Shown piece after piece: positions 1 to 8,179 of a stretch of 64,000 nucleotides of DNA. Under the pieces are notes generated by a model that ran no database searches, was not told the DNA's origin, and worked only from the letters and a program-made list of their open reading frames with translations. The position numbers were made by a program, and so were the translations under genes. This DNA is from Syntrophaceae bacterium (lineage in GTDB: Bacteria; Desulfobacterota; Syntrophia; Syntrophales; Smithellaceae), in assembly GCA_025355345.1 (NCBI GenBank), contig JANXZU010000017.1, positions 5,648 to 69,647 of the forward strand, read 5' to 3'. The first letter of the stretch is position 1. Each line of letters starts with the position of its first letter.

Positions 1-1009
1 AATCGCGCAATCTCAATTGCCGGGCAATTTCATCACAAGCATCTATATTAGTCTTGAATGCTGTTTCTTCAATCGTTCTTTTGGAGCCGCGGCCGGAATT
101 AACGTCAATGGTAATCATTGCTTCAGTTGGATTGATAATGATATATCCGCCGGATTTGAGGTCTACCCGTTCCTGGTAAATAACGCGTATTTGTTCTTCC
201 AGTTGAAAGCGGTCAAAAAGAGGAATATTTTCTTTATAGTGATTGATCATTTTGAGAAGACGGGGCATGCCCGCTTTCATATAAGCGCGCATTTTGCGGA
301 AGGTTTCAATATCATCAACCATAATTTCTTCTACTTCCAGCGTCAGATAATCGCGCAGACTGCGTACGCCGAAGTCTGTTTCATGATAAATTAAAAGAGG
401 CGCATGACTTGCAGTTGCCTTTTTGTGTATCTCTTTCCAAATGCGCATCAGCAATTGGTAATCGCGGTGGATTTCCTGTTTGGTACGATTGATTCCGGCA
501 GTACGCACGATAAATCCCATGTCATCAGGGATCTTAAGCTGTCCCATGAGATTTTTAATTTTTTGCCGTTCTTCTTCATCTTCAATTTTACGGGAGATTC
601 CGCTGCCAGGCTTGTTGGGAAGTAAAACCAGATATCTGCCAGGAAGAGAAATATAACCTGTTAAAAGTGCACCTTTGTTACCGCTTGGTTCCCTTACCGC
701 CTGAACGATGATTTCCTGCCCGGCTTTGAGCACAGGTCTGCCTCCGCTGGGGCCATTTTCCGGTTCTGTTAAATATTCAGGGCTGAGATCCCTAAGGGGC
801 AGAAAGCCATCTTTACCTCCGCCATAATCGACAAAGGCCGCCTGCAAGCCGCGCTCAACCTTAAGCACCTTGCCTTTGTAAATGTTGCCGGTAATTGGTT
901 CTTTAACCGACATCTGGATGTTAAATTCAATGAGTTTCCCTTTTTCGTCCACGGTTGCCATGCGCATCTGCTCTTTATGCACAGCGTTGATCAGCATTGT
1001 GTGTTTCAT
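1..1009 (-). CDS. Rne/Rng family ribonuclease (RNase E/G), N-terminal part, runs off the window edge
   Basis: Manual translation from the ATG at 1009 gives MKHTMLINAVHKEQMRMATVD...TGNIYKGKVLKVERGLQAAFVDYG...GFLP...ISLPGRYLVLLP...GISRKIEDEEER, the S1/RNase E-G signature. Absent from the ORF track because its stop lies outside the window. Confidence 0.92.
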   Translation of the reverse strand, partial: MKHTMLINAVHKEQMRMATVDEKGKLIEFNIQMSVKEPITGNIYKGKVLKVERGLQAAFVDYGGGKDGFLPLRDLSPEYLTEPENGPSGGRPVLKAGQEIIVQAVREPSGNKGALLTGYISLPGRYLVLLPNKPGSGISRKIEDEEERQKIKNLMGQLKIPDDMGFIVRTAGINRTKQEIHRDYQLLMRIWKEIHKKATASHAPLLIYHETDFGVRSLRDYLTLEVEEIMVDDIETFRKMRAYMKAGMPRLLKMINHYKENIPLFDRFQLEEQIRVIYQERVDLKSGGYIIINPTEAMITIDVNSGRGSKRTIEETAFKTNIDACDEIARQLRLRD

Positions 1010-1106
1010 AAATGTCCTTTTCGGCCGCATGTATTTTTGCGCTTATGCGCGCGGATAAACATTTTTTGCGTCTATCCGAAAAATACGCGGTACGGCCTTT
1101 GTTATT

Positions 1107-1712
1107 TTAAAGAAAGGCGCTAACATCGCCTTTACCAATTCTTAGTACTTCAATATTGTCATCAACCAGACTGATGACACTGGATGGTTCCGGGATGATA
1201 ACGCCGCCGTCTATAATCAGGTTAACAATACGGCCAAAATTTTCTCCTATTATATAGGGATCGCCCAGGTCTTCACCGTCCGCTGATTTCACGCTGGTGC
1301 TGATTATCGGTTGCCCCAGTTCTCTTATCAAAGCAAGACAAATCTGGTTGTCAGGAACCCGAATTCCCGTTGTTGTCCTTTTCGGTAAGATTATTTTCGG
1401 CACCAGACGGGATGCTTCCAGGATGAAAGTGTATGGTCCCGGCAAAAGTCTTTTCATTGTCCTGTAGGCATAATCTGTGACTTGGGCGTATTGGCTGATA
1501 TGCTTAAGATCAGAACAAACAAAACTCAATGGTTGTTTCTTGTCCCTTTTTTTTATTTCATAAATTTTTTCGATACCTTTTTTACTGGACAAATCACAAC
1601 CTAATCCATAAACCGTATCGGTCGGATAAATTATTACCCCGCCTTCGCGCAATACATCAACCGCTTGTTTAATGAGGCGCATTTGCGGGTTTTGGCTGTG
1701 AATTGACAGCAA
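1107..1712 (-). CDS. Sua5/YciO/YrdC family protein (threonylcarbamoyl-AMP synthase-like)
   Basis: YPTDTVYGLGC, KKRDKKQPLS, LPGPYTFIL, GIRVPD and PIISTS motifs; AAGGAG upstream of the TTG start. Confidence 0.9.
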   Translation of the reverse strand: MLSIHSQNPQMRLIKQAVDVLREGGVIIYPTDTVYGLGCDLSSKKGIEKIYEIKKRDKKQPLSFVCSDLKHISQYAQVTDYAYRTMKRLLPGPYTFILEASRLVPKIILPKRTTTGIRVPDNQICLALIRELGQPIISTSVKSADGEDLGDPYIIGENFGRIVNLIIDGGVIIPEPSSVISLVDDNIEVLRIGKGDVSAFL

Positions 1713-1810
1713 TGCCTAACTCCTTATCAGTTGTTGCCGTATGCAACTTCTATTATATATCAGGAATTTGGCAGTTTGGCAATGGTATTAGCAGAATCAC
1801 AGACTGATAA

Positions 1811-3406
1811 TTATTGCGGTGCCGGTTTTTTGTTAGCCTTGTCTTTGCTGAGCTTATACTGAATACTATCAACAAGGGCCTGCCAGCTGGCTTCAATAAT
1901 GTTTTCAGAAACGCCGATAGTGCTCCAGAGTTCCTGACCATCTGTGGAATCAAGAAGCACTCTTACTCCAGCAGCTGTTCCTTCAGAACCCTCCAGGGTG
2001 CGCACTTTGAAATCAACCAGATGCATTTCTTTGATTTGCGGATAGAATTTTGTCAATGCCTTGCGCAGAGCGTGATCCAGAGCATTAACCGGACCGTTTC
2101 CTTCGGCAGCGGTTAATTCCTCCTCGCCGGCAACGGATATTTTAATTGTCGCCTGAGAAAGGCAGGGATTATTCTCTGTCCGTGAAGTGACAACGCTAAA
2201 GCACTCCAGTGTAAAAGGATCAACAAACTCTCCGATTGCTTTTTTAATCAACACGGAAAGAGATCCATCGGCGGCGTCAAACTGAAAGCCCCTGTCTTCC
2301 ATAAGTTTGACTTCATGCACAATTTTTTTACTAAGAGTACTGTTTTTAGTAAGATCAATGCCCAGCTCTTTGGCTTTGTATTCAACATTGCTGCGACCGG
2401 ACATATCGGAGACCAGGACGCGGCGATGATTGCCGACAATTTCCGGTTTTATATGTTCGTAAGCAATTGAATCTTTGATCACCGCGCTGACGTGCACGCC
2501 GCCCTTGTGGGCGAAGGCGCTGCGTCCGACGAAAGGCCGGGAATTGAGCGGCAGAACGTTCGCTACATCGCTTATATAAAAAGAAAGATTGGTCAGTTGC
2601 CGGATAGATTCTTCCGGTAAGCAATATTTATTCATTTTTAACTGCAGATTGGCAATGATAGGAATTAAATCGGCATTGCCGCATCTTTCACCATACCCGT
2701 TAATCGTGCCCTGCACCATTTTGATTCCGTCCTGCACGGCGGCAAGAGAATTGGCAACAGCAAGCCCGCAATCATTATGCACATGGATCCCGCTGATGTT
2801 GGCCGGAATGGAATCAGATATTTTCTTCAAAATTGTACTGATTTCATGAGGTAGAGTGCCGCCATTGGTATCACAAAAAACAATCATGTCCGCTCCGGCA
2901 GCCAGTGCTGTTTTTACAACTTTGTTTGCGTAACGGGGATTGTTTTTATAACCATCAAAGAAATGTTCGGCATCAAAAAGCACTTCTTTGCCCAGGGATT
3001 TCAAATATTCAATGGAGTCGCGAATCATTGCCAGGTTTTCTTCTAAATCAATTTTAAGAATTTCTGTCACATGAAGATCCCATGATTTTCCAAATATAGT
3101 AACAGCAGGAGTCCCGGTTTTAATTAAAGCCTTAAGATTGGGACAGGATTCGGCGCGAATATGAGGCTTGCGGGTGCTGCCAAATGCCGTCAATTTTGAA
3201 TTTTTAAAGGTAACATCTTTGGCCATTTCAAAAAAACGCATGTCTTTAGGATTAGAACCGGGCCAACCGCCCTCAATGTAATGGAAGTGAGCTTCATCAA
3301 AGCGTTGCGCAATGCGCAGTTTTTCTTCCGCAGAGAAATTTATCTGCTCGCCTTGTGTGCCATCCCTCAGTGTTGTATCGTAAATCAGAATTTTATTTTT
3401 TGTCAT
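1811..3406 (-). CDS. cimA: Citramalate synthase
   Basis: YDTTLRDGTQGE, IEGGWPGSNPKD, FDAEHFFDGYK, HVHND, NGYGERCGNA, AFAHKGGVH, plus a LeuA-type regulatory C-terminal domain. Confidence 0.92.
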   Translation of the reverse strand: MTKNKILIYDTTLRDGTQGEQINFSAEEKLRIAQRFDEAHFHYIEGGWPGSNPKDMRFFEMAKDVTFKNSKLTAFGSTRKPHIRAESCPNLKALIKTGTPAVTIFGKSWDLHVTEILKIDLEENLAMIRDSIEYLKSLGKEVLFDAEHFFDGYKNNPRYANKVVKTALAAGADMIVFCDTNGGTLPHEISTILKKISDSIPANISGIHVHNDCGLAVANSLAAVQDGIKMVQGTINGYGERCGNADLIPIIANLQLKMNKYCLPEESIRQLTNLSFYISDVANVLPLNSRPFVGRSAFAHKGGVHVSAVIKDSIAYEHIKPEIVGNHRRVLVSDMSGRSNVEYKAKELGIDLTKNSTLSKKIVHEVKLMEDRGFQFDAADGSLSVLIKKAIGEFVDPFTLECFSVVTSRTENNPCLSQATIKISVAGEEELTAAEGNGPVNALDHALRKALTKFYPQIKEMHLVDFKVRTLEGSEGTAAGVRVLLDSTDGQELWSTIGVSENIIEASWQALVDSIQYKLSKDKANKKPAPQ

Positions 3407-3423
3407 CTTATCCCCTCTTTAAA

Positions 3424-3572
3424 AATCGCCGCTTATGCGGGATTGTTTCCAATAGCCGTTGGCTATTGGAAAATTCGATCAACAAACTTCAGTGCACTTC
3501 GTTTCTGAAGTTTGGATCTCATTACAACTTATAAATTTCAGTGCACTGCGTTTCTGAAATCTGAGTTTCACA
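3424..3572 (-). repeat. Dispersed REP-like repeat family 2, two tandem units
   Basis: The minus strand reads TGTGAAACTCAGATTTCAGAAACGCAGTGCACTGAAATTTATAAGTTG, then AATGAGATCCAAACTTCAGAAACGAAGTGCACTGAAGTTTGTTGATCGAA...ACAATCCCGC; matches the copies at 34668, 36085 and 56272. Confidence 0.85.
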
Positions 3573-3607
3573 AAAAATCCGCAGCCGGGCTTACCTGGCA
3601 GCGGATT
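3572..3607 (-). terminator. Attenuator terminator upstream of cimA
   Basis: AATCCGC-TGCCAGGTAAGCCCGGCT-GCGGATT hairpin running into a U-tract, 27 nt after the leader stop codon. Confidence 0.8.
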
Positions 3608-3633
3608 AGAATCTAGTTTGTTTTGATTTGCAA

Positions 3634-3714
3634 CTATTCCACGACCAAGCCTCCTCCAGGGAAGCTAATTATTATGATGCTAATTATAATGTTCTTAATT
3701 GCTATCGTGTTCAT
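3634..3714 (-). CDS. Ile-rich leader peptide MNTIAIKNIIISIIIISFPGGGLVVE (26 aa)
   Basis: 9 Ile codons in the first 16 (4 are ATA), followed by a terminator hairpin, upstream of an isoleucine-pathway gene. Confidence 0.85.
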   Translation of the reverse strand: MNTIAIKNIIISIIIISFPGGGLVVE

Positions 3715-3762
3715 AGTTCAATCTAAAATTTATTCATCTTTCTAAAAGTTACGGGTATTAAA

Positions 3763-3867
3763 CCATCAATCCCGAAACGCTACGCGTTTGGGATAATTCG
3801 ATTTACAAGTTTTAGTATCGTAGATGCCCTTCAGGGTGCACTTTGCTTCTAAAACTTGAATCTCATT
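3763..3867 (-). repeat. REP-like repeat family 2 unit
   Basis: AATGAGATTCAAGTTTTAGAAGCAAAGTGCACCCTGAAGGGCATCTACGATACTAAAACTTGTAAATCGAATTATCCC...GGGATTGATG; near-colinear with 36085-36187. Confidence 0.85.
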
Positions 3868-3878
3868 AATTTTTCTTT

Positions 3879-3907
3879 ATTTTAATTTTTCGCGAGCATT
3901 TTGTCAA
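3879..3907 (-). promoter_or_regulatory. sigma70-type promoter for the cimA leader
   Basis: TTGACA-17 bp-TAAAAT on the minus strand. Confidence 0.7.
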
Positions 3908-4170
3908 TAAGAAACAGCATCAGAAACAATATAAAGTTGAAAATACCCACTCCAAACGGGGGGAAAGAGCGTTTTCTCTTCTGAATATGTAGTTATGTTG
4001 TTTTTCCATTCCGGTTAATTGCTTAATTATTTCGAGATAATAAGAGTATAGTGAGGCTATCAGTGTGCAAGGGCATATTGGTTGCACTATACTGCTCACG
4101 AAATGCTCAAACCAACATTTTACCAATACTGCAGAGGGAAATGTTTAGGTTTGAGCTGGAAGTCAAGTAT

Positions 4171-4869
4171 ATGAGAAAAGATTGTCGGCAATTATTTCGT
4201 TTGTTCTTCATGTCCTTTGTGATGAACTCAGTCACGGCACTCGTCTGTCTGGCTGAAGAAAGGCATGAAGATACACCTGTTGCTGATATTGTCAGCGCTT
4301 ATGTTGTACGCGGCTATGAACTGTACCCCATTTCTGTCCTAGGGCAACCCTCGACAACGTTTAGCTATCAGGGGTTTACTGCCAGTGTTTGGGGTAGTTT
4401 CGATACAAAACAATATCCTGCCGATACACTTAATATTGCGAAAATATTTGTCAGGTTTGGCTTAGACACAGTTTTGTCGCCAACTCTGACAATTTACAAC
4501 GAAAATAATAATCGTCAATGGTCTGCTCTTTTTAACATATCGCATACATACTAGTTCAACAAAAGCATCAGCCTGAAGTCATCAGCATCAGCCGGTTTTT
4601 CAAAACGCGAAGAGATGCCCTTTATACCGAATTACGATGGCCGTATAATACCTGATAGCGAGAAGTATGATAGTTTTTATGATGGAACAATATCAGTTTC
4701 TTTACCCATCTCAGTAACAAAATCTTTCTCCATTATTCCTGCCATTATCTATGCCTTCCCGTTCAATAATGATTCCCGGCATGAATTGAGGGGCAGGGGA
4801 ATTGCCAGCCCGGTCGATAAGAGCAGTTCATTTGTTTACGGAGGGCTTAGCTTCAGTTTCACTTTTTAA
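4171..4869 (+). pseudogene. Probable outer-membrane beta-barrel gene interrupted by an in-frame TAG (4552-4554)
   Basis: ORFs 4051-4554 and 4615-4869 share a frame with an open linker between them; signal-peptide-like N-terminus; alternating C-terminal strand ending in Phe (YGGLSFSFTF). Confidence 0.55.
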
Positions 4870-5030
4870 TAAGACCCAAGCTACAGGAATCCCGATAAAA
4901 CGGGATGAACTGGAGCTTGCAGGTCGTAGTGAGACTCCAATTATGAAATCGCAGCGCATCAGAATTGGTAAGTCGAACTATCCTGCTGCAGGCAAGGGAA
5001 TTATCCCGAAAGCGAGGCGTCGGGATAATG
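4868..5030 (+). repeat. REP-like repeat family 2, two tandem units
   Basis: A degenerate unit AATAAGACCCAAGCTACAG...CTGGAGCTTGCAGGTCGTA, then GTGAGACTCCAATT...AATTGGTAAGTCGAA...TTATCCCGAAAGCGAGGCGTCGGGATAATG. Confidence 0.75.
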
Positions 5031-5148
5031 TTGGGTCTAATTTCCCGCCCTTTGCGGCGGAATAATTCAATAATCAAAAAACAAGATTTTCAAAGATGCT
5101 TGGATGTGATAGCGTATTGTTAACTAACGAAGTTAATAAGGAGGAATA

Positions 5149-6099
5149 TTGTCAACCCATCATCATTCAAATCATAATCATGCTGATGCCGAAGCATCCT
5201 GGGGCAAGCGATTAGTTGTTTCCATGGTCATGAATCTAATCATACCTGTTGTTCAGATTTACGGCGGTATTGTTGCGGGAAGTATGGCGCTCATCAGCGA
5301 TGCCCTTCATAATTTAAGCGACTTTATTTCTCTTGTCATCAACTATGCCGCGCTGATTATCGGCAAACGTGGCCCTACATTCAAGCATACATTCGGTTTC
5401 AAACGCGTGGAAATATTTGCAACCTTAATCAGTGTAGCTCTTTTGTATGGGGCCGGTTTCTATATCGCGTTTGAGGCGTGGCAAAGGTTTAGCAACCCTC
5501 AGCCGATAGCCGGACAATTGGTTATCTGGATTGCTCTGTTTGGTTTTGTCGGTAATATAATTTCCGCACTGATGCTGCATGCCGGCGCCAAAGAAAACTT
5601 AAATATGAAGAGCGCTTTCCTGCATATGCTGACAGATGCTTTTACATCTTTAGGCGTTGTGGCGCTGGGAATTGTGTGGCTATTCAGGCCATGGTACTGG
5701 CTTGATCCGCTGTTTTCCTGGATCATTGTGGCCATGATCTTATATAGCGGCTGGGGATTGTTAAAAGACAGCATTCTTATTCTGATGAACGCCACACCAC
5801 AGGGTATTGACTTGCAGGAGATTCAAAATACTTTAGAGGCAATCGACGGCATCAAAGAAATTCATGATCTGCACGTATGGAATCCGGCAGCGGAGAGCAT
5901 CGCGCTGGCTGTTCATATTACCGTTCCCGATCAAATGCTGGGCAAGGTTGATGAACTGGCGCGGGAGGTGCGGTCAGTTCTGTCTCATAAATTTAAGATA
6001 GATCATCCGACGCTGCAATTTGAATCCAGCACTTGTAACAACGGTCAACTACTTTGCGGTGTTGCGGAAAACGGGCACAAACATCATCACCACGACTAA
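5149..6099 (+). CDS. Cation diffusion facilitator (CzcD-like Zn/Co/Cd transporter)
   Basis: SMALISDALHNLSD, HMLTD and IHDLHVW motifs; His-rich termini; GGAGG RBS. Confidence 0.92.
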   Translation: MSTHHHSNHNHADAEASWGKRLVVSMVMNLIIPVVQIYGGIVAGSMALISDALHNLSDFISLVINYAALIIGKRGPTFKHTFGFKRVEIFATLISVALLYGAGFYIAFEAWQRFSNPQPIAGQLVIWIALFGFVGNIISALMLHAGAKENLNMKSAFLHMLTDAFTSLGVVALGIVWLFRPWYWLDPLFSWIIVAMILYSGWGLLKDSILILMNATPQGIDLQEIQNTLEAIDGIKEIHDLHVWNPAAESIALAVHITVPDQMLGKVDELAREVRSVLSHKFKIDHPTLQFESSTCNNGQLLCGVAENGHKHHHHD

Positions 6100-6113
6100 A
6101 TACCGGAGTCTGA

Positions 6114-7259
6114 ATGATATCAAAGAGGGCGTCAGAATTTACATCTTTCATCGTTATGGACGTGATGGCCAAAGCACAGGAACTGGAGCGCGCAGGTGAA
6201 CATGTTATTCATATGGAGGTCGGTGAACCTGATTTCCCCACTCCCCGCGTGATTACTGAAGCGGCGATGACAGCGCTGCAAGACAATAAAACCCGCTACA
6301 CCCATGCCCTGGGCCTGCTCGAGCTGCGCGAAGCCATCTGCCGGTTTTACTTTAAAGAATATGGCGTATCTATTATTCCGGAGCAGATATTAGTCAGCAC
6401 GGGTACCTCACCGGCGTTATTGTTTGCGATGCTCGCGCTTCTGGATCATGGCGATGAGGTGGTGATCTCTAATCCGCGTTATCCCTGTTATCAAAATTTT
6501 ATTGCTGCCGCGGGCGGCAAAATAAAAGAGATTAAAACTTTCCCGGAAGAGGGATTTCAATATCGACCCAGAGATATTGAAAAGAACCTGTCGAGTAAAA
6601 CAAAAGCTATCATCATCAACTCCCCATCGAACCCCACCGGCATTGTTATGAACCCTGAGCAATTGCAGTACATAGCGCAGTTTGAAGGGCAATATATAAT
6701 CTCCGATGAAATCTATTCCGGCCTTGTCTATGAGGGTAAGGCGCATTCCATCCTGGAATTTACGGACAAGGCTTTTGTCATCAATGGTTTCTCTAAGCTG
6801 TATGCAATGACGGGATGGCGTTTGGGTTATTGCATATTTCCAAAAGAATTCAGCAAAGTCATGCAGCGAATTTCTCAGAATTTCATGATTTCCGCCAACA
6901 GCTTTATTCAGTGGGCGGGAATAGCGGCTCTGACTCAGGCAGGCAAAGATGTTGCGGCGATGATAGCGACCTATGACGAACGTCGCCGCTATATGCTGAG
7001 GCGCCTGTCTGCTATGGGCTTCATCATTCATGTCGAGCCGACAGGAGCGTTTTATGTATTTGCCGATGCGCGGCGATTCTGCACAGATTCTTATAAAGAA
7101 GCCTTTAAGATCATTGAAGAAGTAAAGGTTGGAGTAACTCCCGGTATTGATTTCGGCAGCAGCGGGGAAGGGTTCCTGCGTTTTTCGTATGCCAATTCTC
7201 TGGCCAATATTGAAGAGGGCTTAAACCGGCTGGAGCGATATTTGAGCAAGCACCATTAG
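6114..7259 (+). CDS. PLP-dependent aminotransferase class I/II (aspartate aminotransferase-like)
   Basis: GEPDF, NSPSNPTG, SDEIY, NGFSKLYAMTGWRLGY. Confidence 0.92.
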   Translation: MISKRASEFTSFIVMDVMAKAQELERAGEHVIHMEVGEPDFPTPRVITEAAMTALQDNKTRYTHALGLLELREAICRFYFKEYGVSIIPEQILVSTGTSPALLFAMLALLDHGDEVVISNPRYPCYQNFIAAAGGKIKEIKTFPEEGFQYRPRDIEKNLSSKTKAIIINSPSNPTGIVMNPEQLQYIAQFEGQYIISDEIYSGLVYEGKAHSILEFTDKAFVINGFSKLYAMTGWRLGYCIFPKEFSKVMQRISQNFMISANSFIQWAGIAALTQAGKDVAAMIATYDERRRYMLRRLSAMGFIIHVEPTGAFYVFADARRFCTDSYKEAFKIIEEVKVGVTPGIDFGSSGEGFLRFSYANSLANIEEGLNRLERYLSKHH

Positions 7260-7366
7260 GCGCTTCATGCCAAGTTGCTATCAAACATTAGAAGGTTTAT
7301 TTACCGGGCATAATACCAAGTAAGCTTTCAAAAATTCATAGTTTATTTTTTTAAAGCAACTTGGTA

Positions 7367-8152
7367 TTATATCGTAATCGTGCCTTCCATATAGAGGGCG
7401 GCTTTGCCGGAAATCTTCACCCGTTCTGCGGCATGTCTACAAAACAACTCGCCGCCCCGTTTCGAGATTTGAAACGCGTGAAGATCATTCTTGCCAAGCA
7501 CGCTTGCCCAATAAGGAATCAAAACGCAATGCGCGGAACCGGTCACCGGATCTTCCGGAACGCCAATGCGGGGCGCAAAAAAGCGGGAGACAAAATCGCT
7601 CTGATTTCCTCTTGCGGTAATGATGATGCCACGGCACTCAACTTGCTCAAGTGCTACAAAATCAGGTTGCACTTCGCAAACGGCTTTCTCGCTATCCAAA
7701 ACCACAAGCAGATCTTCTGCTGAGCCGAATATTTCTTCCGGCATAACTCCCAGTGCTTTTTTAAGTCCGGCACGTGGTGGTAGGGGATGAACAGGCCTTG
7801 AAGGGAAATCCATTTCCAACAGATCGCCACGTTTAGCAACCAACAGTTTTCCGCTCTGGCGCGTCGAAAAAGAAATATTCCCGGCAGGCCATCCCTGGCA
7901 GAAAAAAAGAACAAAGGCACTTGCTAATGTCGCGTGTCCGCACAGAGCAACTTCCGTAGTGGGTGTAAACCATCGGAGGTCAAATCCATCATTATTACGG
8001 ACAAGGAAGGCAGTTTCTGATAAATTGTTTTCTGTGGCAATAGATTGAAGTTGTTGATCATCAATCCACATATTCAGCAGGCAAATGGCCGCTGGATTGC
8101 CGGAAAAAACTTCAGATGAAAAGGCATCAATCTGGTAGATGGGTATTTTCAT
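7367..8152 (-). CDS. PhzF family isomerase
   Basis: QIDAF..GNPA, NLSETAF, LRWFTPTTEVALCGHATLA, EDPVTGSAH. Confidence 0.92.
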   Translation of the reverse strand: MKIPIYQIDAFSSEVFSGNPAAICLLNMWIDDQQLQSIATENNLSETAFLVRNNDGFDLRWFTPTTEVALCGHATLASAFVLFFCQGWPAGNISFSTRQSGKLLVAKRGDLLEMDFPSRPVHPLPPRAGLKKALGVMPEEIFGSAEDLLVVLDSEKAVCEVQPDFVALEQVECRGIIITARGNQSDFVSRFFAPRIGVPEDPVTGSAHCVLIPYWASVLGKNDLHAFQISKRGGELFCRHAAERVKISGKAALYMEGTITI

Positions 8153-8179
8153 TTAAGTTGTCCTGAGTATTTTTGAAGT

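Noticed and set aside
17-625. Plus-strand ORFs 17-394 and 404-625
   Set aside because: They are antisense shadows of the RNase E/G gene.
3424-3572. Family 2 tandem units as CRISPR repeats or tRNA-like genes
   Set aside because: The copies are degenerate and dispersed, with no constant repeat-spacer period and no cloverleaf, T-loop or CCA end.
4802-5077. Short ORFs 4802-5065 (+) and 4859-5077 (-); likewise 19356-19577 and 3281-3508
   Set aside because: They are chance open frames across repeat elements or antisense to real genes, with no protein-family features.
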